Below are positions 11,165-19,520 of a stretch of 64,000 nt of DNA, one piece after another; position 1 is the stretch's first letter, and each line of letters starts with the position of its first letter. Below the pieces are notes generated by a model that made no database searches, had not been told where the DNA came from, and saw only the letters and a program-made list of their open reading frames with translations. This stretch comes from Anaerolinea thermophila (lineage in GTDB: Bacteria; Chloroflexota; Anaerolineae; Anaerolineales; Anaerolineaceae). The stretch spans positions 41,839 through 105,838 of the forward strand of contig NZ_DYHZ01000007.1 in assembly GCF_020723905.1 (NCBI RefSeq), written 5' to 3'. The translations under genes and the position numbers were made by a program.

Positions 11165-11461
11165 CAGCCCTTAAAAATCTTCGCCTGTGTCTGGGAATGG
11201 AAAAGGTTTGCCATTTTGCCAATTCAAAATTGAAACGGAAAAACACTCAATGCAGTTTTGCTGTCTTGAATAGACAACCAGATTTCCACAAGATGCCCTG
11301 ATCCTCTTCAAAAAATGACCCGAAAGGGTATTTTCATCTGAGTTTGTGGAAAACCTTCTAGGATATGTTACACCCTCTCCTGGAAAAAGTCAACAGAATC
11401 GCTGGAAATTTGAGTTTTAAAAAAAATATCCTTCGCGCGAAATTGTTTTGAATACACACAC

Positions 11462-11490
11462 TTGACAATCCAGGCGTCTGTAACTATACT
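11462..11490 (+). promoter_or_regulatory. Sigma70-type promoter of the thi operon
   Basis: TTGACA-17 bp-TATACT, immediately upstream of the TPP aptamer. Confidence 0.9.
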
Positions 11491-11502
11491 GAAAGTGCAA
11501 AA

Positions 11503-11590
11503 CGGGGAGCCCGGCGCACCGGGCTGAGAGGAAGACAGAAACGGTCTTCGACCCGCAGAACCTGATCCGGGTAATGCCGGCGGAGGGACG
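11503..11590 (+). ncRNA. TPP riboswitch aptamer
   Basis: Conserved GGGG..GCTGAGA..GACCCG..GAACCTGATCCGGGTAATGCCGGCGGAGGGA core, upstream of thiamine genes. Confidence 0.95.
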
Positions 11591-11618
11591 AGCGAGTTGT
11601 TTTCAGCGATTTTCCCTT

Positions 11619-11644
11619 GCCCTCCGCCAGTGGAGGGCTTTTTT
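11619..11644 (+). terminator. Riboswitch expression-platform hairpin (terminator that also contains the thiN RBS)
   Basis: GCCCTCC-GCCAGT-GGAGGGC-TTTTTT. The 3' arm GGAGG lies 9 nt before the ATG at 11646. Confidence 0.8.
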
Positions 11645-11645
11645 G

Positions 11646-12305
11646 ATGGTCTCACAACGCGCTTTAATTGTGGTTTCGGGCACATCCTGTCAGGAAGATG
11701 CCCTGCGCCGTTTTCGCCAGCCCGATGATGTCATCATCGCCGTTGATGGGGGAGCGCATCACTGTTTGCGTCTGGGCTGGCGCCCTCATGTGGTTATCGG
11801 AGATTTCGATTCCCTTTCCCCCGAATACTTGCAACAGTTTGAACAGGAGGGGGTGCTTCTGCTCCGTTACCCACCGGAAAAAGACGAAACCGATCTGGAA
11901 CTGGCGCTCCAGTATGCAGTCCAGCGAGGGTATCGCCATATCCGCATCCTTTGCGCGCTGGGAGGCAGGGTGGATCAGACGCTGGCAAATCTCTTTCTGC
12001 TGGGCTTGCCTGTGCTGAAAAACCTCGATGTGCGCCTGGAAGATGGAGAGGTTGAAGCCTTCCTGATCGACTCTGAAGCCGAATGGCAGGGTGTACCGGG
12101 GGAGACGGTTTCGCTCATCCCGCTGTTTGGTGTGGCGCAGGGAATCTGGACGGAAGGACTGCGTTACCCTCTGCGCGGCGAAACGCTTTACCCGGAGCGG
12201 TCGCGGGGAATCAGCAATGAGATGGTGGATCATCAAGCCCGGGTACGCCTGTCTCAGGGGGTATTGTTATGCATCCATTTTCATTCTGATACAGGAGGTT
12301 CATGA
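11646..12305 (+). CDS. thiN: Thiamine diphosphokinase
   Basis: IAVDGGA, IGDFDSL, EKDETDLELA, GGRVDQTLAN, SRGISNE. The start is ATG 11646, not the track's 11574, which lies inside the riboswitch. Confidence 0.93.
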   Translation: MVSQRALIVVSGTSCQEDALRRFRQPDDVIIAVDGGAHHCLRLGWRPHVVIGDFDSLSPEYLQQFEQEGVLLLRYPPEKDETDLELALQYAVQRGYRHIRILCALGGRVDQTLANLFLLGLPVLKNLDVRLEDGEVEAFLIDSEAEWQGVPGETVSLIPLFGVAQGIWTEGLRYPLRGETLYPERSRGISNEMVDHQARVRLSQGVLLCIHFHSDTGGS

Positions 12306-13384
12306 TGTTGCGAATAGTCTGGCTCTGGATACTGGTATTATTGATCGGGGTTACCGCCTGTACACCTCAGACAGCAACTCCGGCGGTAACGTCCGTCTCT
12401 CCTGCCGGGCAGCCGGTTGAGTTGCGGGTGATGACGCATGATTCTTTCGCGGTGAGCGAGGATATTGTGCGTGCCTTTGAAGCCGCGCATCAGGTTAAGG
12501 TCACCTTCATCAAGTCCGGAGATACTGGTGCAGCCCTCAACCGCGCCGTGCTGACCAGAGAAAATCCCCAGGCGGATGTCTTCTACGGGGTGGATAACAC
12601 GTTCCTCTCCCGCGCGCTGGATGAGGATATCTTCGAGCCGTATGCTTCCCCTCTGCTGGAAAAAATTCCTGCCGAATTTAAACTGGATCCGACCAATCGC
12701 GCTCTACCGGTGGATTATGGGGATGTATGCATCAACTACGATAAAGCCTATTTCAGGGAAAAGAATTTGCCCGTTCCCCAGTCGCTGGAGGAATTGACCA
12801 GACCCGAGTATCGCGGATTACTGGTGGTGGAAAATCCGGCGACCTCTTCACCGGGGCTGGCGTTTCTCTTTGCCACCATTGCGCATTTTGGAGAAGAGGG
12901 ATATCTGGACTACTGGAAAGCCCTGCGCGCCAATGAGGTGGTGGTTGCCAGCGACTGGGAAAGCGCCTACTATACCTACTTCAGCGCTTCATCAGGAAAA
13001 GGTCCTCAGCCCATGGTGGTTTCGTATGCATCCAGCCCGGCGGCAGAGGTCATTTTTGCTGAGAAGCCTCTGGAGGATGCGCCTACCGCTTCCCTCACGG
13101 CTCCGGGAATGTGTTACCGGCAAATCGAGTTTGTCGGTATCCTCAAGGGCACCCCTCAGCGGAAACTGGCTGAGGCTTTTGTGGATTTCATGCTTGGAAA
13201 GACCTTCCAGGAAGACATGCCCTTGCAGATGTTCGTCTTCCCGGTGAATCCGGAGGCGGTGCTCCCCGAGGCTTTTACCCGGTACGCGCAGGTTGCTGAA
13301 CAGCCCGCCACGCTGGATTCGGCACGGATCGCCGCCAGACGGGAAGCCTGGATCCAGGCATGGACTGAGGCGGTTCTGCGGTGA
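12302..13384 (+). CDS. thiB: Thiamine ABC transporter substrate-binding lipoprotein
   Basis: Lipobox VTAC, MTHDSF, DVFYGVDN, PVDYGDVCINYD, TSSPGLAF, SYASSP. Confidence 0.93.
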   Translation: MMLRIVWLWILVLLIGVTACTPQTATPAVTSVSPAGQPVELRVMTHDSFAVSEDIVRAFEAAHQVKVTFIKSGDTGAALNRAVLTRENPQADVFYGVDNTFLSRALDEDIFEPYASPLLEKIPAEFKLDPTNRALPVDYGDVCINYDKAYFREKNLPVPQSLEELTRPEYRGLLVVENPATSSPGLAFLFATIAHFGEEGYLDYWKALRANEVVVASDWESAYYTYFSASSGKGPQPMVVSYASSPAAEVIFAEKPLEDAPTASLTAPGMCYRQIEFVGILKGTPQRKLAEAFVDFMLGKTFQEDMPLQMFVFPVNPEAVLPEAFTRYAQVAEQPATLDSARIAARREAWIQAWTEAVLR

Positions 13385-15072
13385 ACGCCGCTCTTGCGCA
13401 GTCCTTCCGAAAGTTCCTCGGAGCAGGGTGGGTGATTCTCCCCCTGCTCTTTCTGGGGGTGTTTTTTCTCTATCCGTTAGGCGCAATTTTGGCGCTGGCA
13501 GGCAAAGCCGGGTGGCTGGAAGGAATGGGTGAGGCGGTCTGGCGGCAGATTGCCCGCCCTTTAAGTTTTACGGTGTATCAGGCTAGCCTTTCAACGCTCC
13601 TGACCCTTCTGCCGGGTTTGCCCATGGCGTGGGTGTTTGCACGTTTCCGTTTTCCCGGCAAACGTTTCCTGCGGGTGTTGATGACCCTGCCCTTCATCCT
13701 GCCCACTGTGGTCGTCGTTGCGGGGTTCACCGCTTTGCTCGGTCCACGCGGCTGGTTAAATCTCTGGCTGATGTCCTTCCTGGGGGTTTCAGAGCCACCC
13801 ATTCGTTTCCTGAACACCCTGGGAGCCATCTTAACGGTGCATGTGTTTTACAACCTTTCGGTGATTGTGCGTGTGGTGAGTGCAGCATGGGCAGGGCTGG
13901 ATGTGCGCCTGGAGCAGGCGGCGCGTACGCTGGGGGCTTCGCCGTGGCGGACTTTCTGGCGGGTCACCCTTCCTTTGCTTCTCCCTCACATTGCCGGTGC
14001 AACTTTACTGGTGTTTCTCTTTGACTTTACCAGTTTTGGCGTGGTGCTGTTGCTGGGGGGACCGCGTTTTGCCACACTGGAGGTGGAAATTTACATCCAG
14101 ACCATGCAGTTTCTGAATTTACCGCTGGCGGCGGTGCTTTCGGCAGTGCAGTTGCTTTGTACGCTGGCTGTGCTGGCACTCAGTCAGCATCTGACCGCTG
14201 GCGCCGGGGTGAGTTTGACCCCGCGGGTTAAGGGGGAGGGTATTTACTTTCCGCGCACCCGGGTACAGCGTCTGGCGGTGGCGTTTTCCGTGCTTTTGCT
14301 GATCGTTCTGGTGCTTTTTCCACTGGGGGCGCTGGTGACGCGCTCGCTGGTGCGTCTGGAAGCCAGCCGCGGAGAACGGGGAACAGTCCAGACGGGAGTG
14401 ACTCTGGATTACTACCGTGAACTGTTCGTTAATCGGCGTGGCTCGCTGTTTTATGTTCCACCGGTAAAAGCGGCGGTGAATTCGCTGGGCTATGCCTTTG
14501 CCACCATGTGGATTTCACTGGGGCTGGGATTTCCGGCAGCGTATGCTTTGAATCGGCGGGGGGCAAGCCGGAGGCTACTGGATGCCCTGCTGATGCTGCC
14601 TTTGGGCACTTCAGCGGTTTCACTGGGTCTGGGGTATGTGGTGGCATTTCAACGCCCGCCGCTGGATGTTGCCTCTTTTCCGTTGCTGATTCCCATAGCC
14701 CACAGCCTGGTAGCGCTTCCTTTCGTGGTGCGCACGCTTCAACCGGCGCTGGCGTCCATTCCGCGCTCCCTGAGAGATGCGGCGGCAGTGCTGGGCGCTT
14801 CTCCATGGCGGGTATGGTGGCATGTGGATTTGCCCATTGTCGGGCGGGCGGTGCTGGTCGGGGCGGTGTTTTCTTTTACAGTGTCCATGGGGGAGTTTGG
14901 GGCAACGGCGCTGTTAGCGCGTCCCGAAGCCCCCACTTTGCCGGTTGCCATTTACCGTTTTATCTCTCAACCCGGCGCGATGAATTATGGTCAAGCCATG
15001 GCAATGTCCACTCTGTTAATGGCGGTGTGTGCACTGGGGATGCTGGCGTTGGAGCGACTTCAACACGATTGA
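13381..15072 (+). CDS. thiP: Thiamine ABC transporter permease (double-domain)
   Basis: Two EAA loops (EQAARTLGAS, DAAAVLGAS), PFILP, FTSFG, SMGEFGA; follows thiB. Confidence 0.9.
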   Translation: MNAALAQSFRKFLGAGWVILPLLFLGVFFLYPLGAILALAGKAGWLEGMGEAVWRQIARPLSFTVYQASLSTLLTLLPGLPMAWVFARFRFPGKRFLRVLMTLPFILPTVVVVAGFTALLGPRGWLNLWLMSFLGVSEPPIRFLNTLGAILTVHVFYNLSVIVRVVSAAWAGLDVRLEQAARTLGASPWRTFWRVTLPLLLPHIAGATLLVFLFDFTSFGVVLLLGGPRFATLEVEIYIQTMQFLNLPLAAVLSAVQLLCTLAVLALSQHLTAGAGVSLTPRVKGEGIYFPRTRVQRLAVAFSVLLLIVLVLFPLGALVTRSLVRLEASRGERGTVQTGVTLDYYRELFVNRRGSLFYVPPVKAAVNSLGYAFATMWISLGLGFPAAYALNRRGASRRLLDALLMLPLGTSAVSLGLGYVVAFQRPPLDVASFPLLIPIAHSLVALPFVVRTLQPALASIPRSLRDAAAVLGASPWRVWWHVDLPIVGRAVLVGAVFSFTVSMGEFGATALLARPEAPTLPVAIYRFISQPGAMNYGQAMAMSTLLMAVCALGMLALERLQHD

Positions 15073-15192
15073 AAACCTTGTATCCAGACCTGATTCGCGA
15101 ATTTTCGGAACTGCCCGCTATTTGCAGGCGGTTCTTTTTTTTGGGGGAATTCAATAAAATAAAAGTTTTTATTAAAATTATTCAAAATTCTA

Positions 15193-15220
15193 TTGACAAA
15201 ATTTAATTATGTGCTATACT
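15193..15220 (+). promoter_or_regulatory. Sigma70 promoter of the DUF2089 operon
   Basis: TTGACA-16 bp-(TG)cTATACT with an AT-rich UP-like region at 15148-15190. Confidence 0.8.
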
Positions 15221-15293
15221 CTCTTTAGAAACAACAAAGTTGTCAAAATGAATTTCAAGTAGATGGGAGTGGATTGAGGATGGAGGTGCACGC

Positions 15294-15773
15294 ATGAACC
15301 CAATGTTGACCAAATGCCCGGTATGCGGCGGAGAGTTGATCGTGACGCGGTTGACCTGCCCCTCATGTGAAACCACGATCGAAGGTCATTTTCAATCTAC
15401 CGGTGGAGGGCTACAGGGAGCGTTTTCTGCCGAGCAGTTGCGCTGGCTGTTGCCGTTCACCCGTCTGAGTAATGAACAGATGCAGTTTATTCTAACCTTC
15501 ATCCGTTGTGAGGGGCGATTCAATCGCATGGAAGAAGAACTGGGACTGTCCTATCCGACCCTGCGTAACCGCATGAACGAAATTCTGCGCACAATGGGTT
15601 ATGAGCCCAGCCGCGAGGAAGGACAACCTGCGCCGGTCAAACTCAGCCCTGAGGAGCGCAAGCGTATTCTGGATGATCTTGATAAGGGCTTGATCACCTT
15701 GCAGGAAGCCAAACGACGGCTGAAGGGCATTCGCGAAGAGAGTAAACGCGAAAGTGAAGTGGCAGAGGATTAA
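15294..15773 (+). CDS. DUF2089-family protein (Zn ribbon + HTH + SHOCT-like tail), putative regulator
   Basis: CPVCG..CPSC, ETTIEG.F, EEELGLSYPTLRNRM, C-terminal EERKRILDDLDKGLIT. Confidence 0.85.
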   Translation: MNPMLTKCPVCGGELIVTRLTCPSCETTIEGHFQSTGGGLQGAFSAEQLRWLLPFTRLSNEQMQFILTFIRCEGRFNRMEEELGLSYPTLRNRMNEILRTMGYEPSREEGQPAPVKLSPEERKRILDDLDKGLITLQEAKRRLKGIREESKRESEVAED

Positions 15774-15787
15774 TGGAGAGGTGAGTC

Positions 15788-16207
15788 ATGGCGACAAATG
15801 AAGAACGCATGAAGATTTTGAAAATGGTGGCTGAGGGCAAAATCACCGCAGAAGAAGCCGATCAACTGCTGGAAGCCCTGGAAGAAAGTGAGCGTACATC
15901 CGGCGGGGGACGCCCGGGTGTTCCTCCAGTGCCTCCTGCTCCCGAACCACCTTTGTCCTCCGGTCGCAAGCCCCGCTGGCTGCATGTGCGCGTCACCGAT
16001 ACCAACACCGGTCGTGCCCGGGTGAATGTGCGCCTGCCGGTTTCGATGATCAACATTGGTTTGAAGATGGGGAGTAAATTTGCCCCTGAGGTTGAAGGAC
16101 TCAACATGGAAGACTTGATGCGCATGATTGAACTGGGCGAAATTGGACAAATCGTTGACGTCCATGATGAGGAAGATGGCGAGCACGTAGAAGTGTATCT
16201 GGAATAA
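15788..16207 (+). CDS. YvlB/LiaX-N (SHOCT-like) domain protein
   Basis: EERMKILKMVAEGKITAEEADQLLEAL, a Pro-rich linker, then LHVRV..VNVRLP..VEVYLE; a usual DUF2089 partner. Confidence 0.8.
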   Translation: MATNEERMKILKMVAEGKITAEEADQLLEALEESERTSGGGRPGVPPVPPAPEPPLSSGRKPRWLHVRVTDTNTGRARVNVRLPVSMINIGLKMGSKFAPEVEGLNMEDLMRMIELGEIGQIVDVHDEEDGEHVEVYLE

Positions 16208-16333
16208 AAATCCTTACCGTTTCCTCCCCTTTCTTAAAGCAATCTCCTTCCCCACAGGAAGACCCGGTCTTGCGTTCTGCTGTATGACCCTGACCGGGTC
16301 CTTTCTTGATGCTCTTTGTGGTTGAGGTGTGTG

Positions 16334-17614
16334 ATGACAGATATTCGTGAAGACTCCAACTGGAAACGCCCCTTTTTTACCATCTGGGTGGGGCAGGCAT
16401 TTTCGATTGTGGGTTCCATTCTGGTGCAGTTTGCGCTGGTGTGGTGGCTTACTCGCGAGACCGGCTCTGCCACTGTTCTGGCAACAGCAACCATTTTCTC
16501 CATGTTGCCCGGTATTTTCATTGGACCATTTTCGGGGGCGCTGGTGGATCGCTGGAATCGGAAAACCATCATGCTGGTTGCCGATAGCCTGATTGCACTG
16601 GTGACGGCAGGGCTGGTACTGGTGTTCTGGTTGGGGCAGGTGCAGGTCTGGCATGTGCTGGTGGTGATGTTGATTCGGGCGCTGGGCGGCACTTTCCACT
16701 TCCCTGCCATGCAGGCATCCACTTCGCTCATGGTGCCAGAAAAGCACCTCTCGCGGGTAGCGGGCTTGAATCAGGCCTTAAACGGGGTGTTGAATATTGC
16801 GGCTCCGCCTCTGGGGGCGCTTCTCATGAGCCTCCTGCCCATTTATCAGGTGCTGGCAATTGACATCCTCACCGCTACCGTGGCAGTCGGTACGCTGGCA
16901 TTGATTCGCATTCCGCAGCCCGAACGCCGCCCTGAAGGTGCTCTGACTCCTCGCGCGCTGTTGAGCGATGTGCGCGATGGCTTCCGCTATCTCGCCCACT
17001 GGCCCGGTATGTTGATCTTGCTGGGGCTGGCTACGCTGGTGAATTTATTGATGAACCCTGCGTTCAGCCTCATGCCCTTGATGGTCACGCGAATTTTCCA
17101 TGGAGAAGCCATGCACCTTGGGGTGATGAACTCGGCGGAAGGATTAGGGGTGATTCTGGGCGGGCTTGTATTGAGCGTTTGGGGCGGTTTCAAGCGTAAA
17201 GTGCACACCTCCATGGCTGGCTTGATCGGAATGGGGCTGGGGGTCATTGTGCTGGGCTCGGCGCCTGCTCAGATGTTTGGGGTTGCCCTGCTGGGAATCG
17301 GCATTGCCGGGTTTATGAATCCCATCACCAATGGTCCTTTGTTTGCGCTTTTGCAGGCAAAGATTGCTCCTGAAATGCAGGGGCGGGTATTCAATCTGGT
17401 AGGCGCCCTGGCTTCTGCCGCCAGTCCGTTAGGGCTGATGATCGCAGCGCCGGTTGCCGATCATCTGGGCATCCGGTTCTGGTTCTGGATTGCCGGAGCA
17501 TCCTGTCTGCTGATGGCAGGGGTGGCGCTGTCCATTCCGGCGGTGGTGCATCTGGAAGATCAACCTGCAATGAAGCGGACCGGGATGCCTTCTGCTCTTC
17601 CGGTTCAGGAATAG
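16334..17614 (+). CDS. MFS transporter, Mef(A)/DHA3-like efflux family
   Basis: 12 hydrophobic segments, GALVDRWNRK motif A, PEMQGRVF. The start follows a GAGGTG RBS. Confidence 0.9.
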   Translation: MTDIREDSNWKRPFFTIWVGQAFSIVGSILVQFALVWWLTRETGSATVLATATIFSMLPGIFIGPFSGALVDRWNRKTIMLVADSLIALVTAGLVLVFWLGQVQVWHVLVVMLIRALGGTFHFPAMQASTSLMVPEKHLSRVAGLNQALNGVLNIAAPPLGALLMSLLPIYQVLAIDILTATVAVGTLALIRIPQPERRPEGALTPRALLSDVRDGFRYLAHWPGMLILLGLATLVNLLMNPAFSLMPLMVTRIFHGEAMHLGVMNSAEGLGVILGGLVLSVWGGFKRKVHTSMAGLIGMGLGVIVLGSAPAQMFGVALLGIGIAGFMNPITNGPLFALLQAKIAPEMQGRVFNLVGALASAASPLGLMIAAPVADHLGIRFWFWIAGASCLLMAGVALSIPAVVHLEDQPAMKRTGMPSALPVQE

Positions 17615-17634
17615 TCCATCCCTTTCCCCAAAAT

Positions 17635-17669
17635 CAACCCCCCCGCAGGCGCTCTTCCTGCGGGGGTTG
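17635..17669. terminator. Probable terminator between convergent genes
   Basis: CAACCCCCCCGCAGG-loop-CCTGCGGGGGTTG, a bulged GC-rich stem. Confidence 0.7.
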
Positions 17670-17673
17670 CAAT

Positions 17674-18951
17674 TTACCAGCTTTCACTCCCCTTTTCCCC
17701 GGGGCGGGGGTACAGTCGGGGATGCAGGTGAGCATTGGGCAGGCGCAGGTGGTCGCTGTCTTCATAGTACAGATCGCGATCAATCACACGCCGCTCCTTG
17801 GTGGAGAAGATCACTACGTCCGACTCGATGGTGCGGGCAGGGTACACCAGCATTCCCGCGCCAATCCGGCAGTTGTGTCCCACACACCCACCCAGTACAA
17901 TGCGGTTGGAGTTGCGCAGGGCGCCCGTCCCATCTCTGGCTTTGATGGGAGCCGAAAGCAGGTTAAAATCCGTCCAGGTAGATCCTGCCCCGATGAAGGT
18001 ATTCCGTCCGACCACGCACATTTGCAGACAGGTGTTTTGGGCGATCAAACTGTTTTCCATTACCGTGGTCATGAACAGCGAGGCGCGGAAGGGCAGGAAA
18101 GTGCCATCGCCCACAACCGAAAGCATTAACTGACATCCCTGGGAGATGTTAACATTATCGCCAATGATGCAGTTCTCAATGACGGCATTGGCACCAATGG
18201 TGACATTATCGCCGATCGTGGTGGGACCGTGAATGATGGCGTCGGGGTCAATGACGCAGTTGCGTCCGATTTGCACCACTGCTGAGGAACGCAGTAATTG
18301 CCGCCCTTCATACAGGGCTGTTCCTAACACCTTTAATTTGAACCATACATCGCGGTTCAGGCGTTCCTCAAAACGGGCTCCCCGCCCGAATAATCCAAAC
18401 ACCTCGTCGGCAATGAAAATGTGTACCCAGGAGTCGATTGCCATCAGACTGCGCAAGGGCACCTGATAAACCAGGTCTCCCTGCGAGGGTGCCATATACA
18501 ACGGGATGTGGTAGTAACCAATCTCGCGGGAGAGCAGGTCAATCACCAGCGGCTCAGCGCCAGGCTCTGGACCGTTGGGATAGTACCATAAATCGGCAAG
18601 GTAAAGATTTCCCGCCGGGGTATAAGAGAGCGAGAGAGGAAGGATGTGTTCTCGAAAGCAGGGATCACTGGCATTGAAGGCGGCGCGCACGGCTTTCCCG
18701 CGTTTGCGGGCTTCCTGAATGAAGGCTTCCATGTAGGGAGCATCAAAAAACAAATTATCCCGATAGACGATGCAGGGCTCGTGGACTTGCGGCAGGGGCG
18801 CGCCGGGGGGGAGTTCGATTTCTCGGGTGGTGTATGGGGCAAGCACATCCCGTTGAAGCAGCCACAGCGGTTTATTCTGAATGCGTAAATCGCGCGCCGG
18901 TTCGTTGAACGGCACGATATGTTGGGGGTTCCGAAGGATGATTTTCAACAT
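17674..18951 (-). CDS. GlmU-like protein: degenerate nucleotidyltransferase-like N-terminus plus left-handed beta-helix
   Basis: The C-terminal half has hexapeptide repeats (IGRNCVIDPDAIIHGPTTIGDNVTIGANAVIENCIIGDNVNI). The N-terminal PFNEPARDLRIQNKPL resembles GlmU-like families but has no GxGTR motif. Confidence 0.75.
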   Translation of the reverse strand: MLKIILRNPQHIVPFNEPARDLRIQNKPLWLLQRDVLAPYTTREIELPPGAPLPQVHEPCIVYRDNLFFDAPYMEAFIQEARKRGKAVRAAFNASDPCFREHILPLSLSYTPAGNLYLADLWYYPNGPEPGAEPLVIDLLSREIGYYHIPLYMAPSQGDLVYQVPLRSLMAIDSWVHIFIADEVFGLFGRGARFEERLNRDVWFKLKVLGTALYEGRQLLRSSAVVQIGRNCVIDPDAIIHGPTTIGDNVTIGANAVIENCIIGDNVNISQGCQLMLSVVGDGTFLPFRASLFMTTVMENSLIAQNTCLQMCVVGRNTFIGAGSTWTDFNLLSAPIKARDGTGALRNSNRIVLGGCVGHNCRIGAGMLVYPARTIESDVVIFSTKERRVIDRDLYYEDSDHLRLPNAHLHPRLYPRPGEKGSESW

Positions 18952-18961
18952 GCTCGTTTAA

Positions 18962-19516
18962 TTATTCCAGCGGTTTGCGGGAAATTTCAAACCGACAGCA
19001 AGGCGCACCTTTTGTCCTGCACAAAGTTTCGCGGACGGGAAAGAACCGTCCACTGCCCACCCACTGCATGAATTCCTGAAACATTCCGGTGAGCAGGTAG
19101 CAGGTGATTGTGTTTGAATGTTCAGCGCATGCAGGTTTCTGAGTGACTTCAATCACCCAGAAATTGTCCTCTTCGCAAATGCTCATCCGCAAGGGCGCCT
19201 GTTCTTCCAGAAAACGGGCGATTTGTTCCAGTCCGACCTTGACGCGGCGATTGAAAGGCAACAGGCGATACTCCAGTGAGTACAACCCGAGTGTCTCTCC
19301 CCAGCGGCGCAGACCGGTCTGGAATCCACTCCTGCCCATGCGGATTGCCATGCCCTTACCTGTCAGACTGCCAAACCGGTCGTACAGAACACGTTCCAAG
19401 GCCTGTAAAAATTTTTTATTACCCGATAGGAAAGCCTCTTGCGGCTCAATGCCAGATACCTCATGCATGCTTTCTACCAGGATTTGATGGATTTCAGATG
19501 AAAGAATGGTCTCCAT
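18962..19516 (-). CDS. V4R (4-vinyl reductase) domain small-molecule-binding protein
   Basis: RMGRSGF, then PAC..CYLLTGMFQE..VRETLCRTKGAPCCRFEI, the V4R Cys/Glu pattern. ATG 19516 follows a GAGG immediately after the upstream stop. Confidence 0.85.
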   Translation of the reverse strand: METILSSEIHQILVESMHEVSGIEPQEAFLSGNKKFLQALERVLYDRFGSLTGKGMAIRMGRSGFQTGLRRWGETLGLYSLEYRLLPFNRRVKVGLEQIARFLEEQAPLRMSICEEDNFWVIEVTQKPACAEHSNTITCYLLTGMFQEFMQWVGSGRFFPVRETLCRTKGAPCCRFEISRKPLE

Positions 19517-19520
19517 AACC

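Noticed and set aside
11574-11645. N-terminal extension of thiN predicted by the ORF track
   Set aside because: It lies within the TPP aptamer and terminator. The real start is ATG 11646.
14508-15206. Long alternative-frame and antisense ORFs in the track (for example 14508-15206, 27667-28839, 34106-34966, 62892-63845)
   Set aside because: They overlap well-supported genes, have no recognisable motifs, and are the shadow ORFs expected in GC-rich coding DNA.
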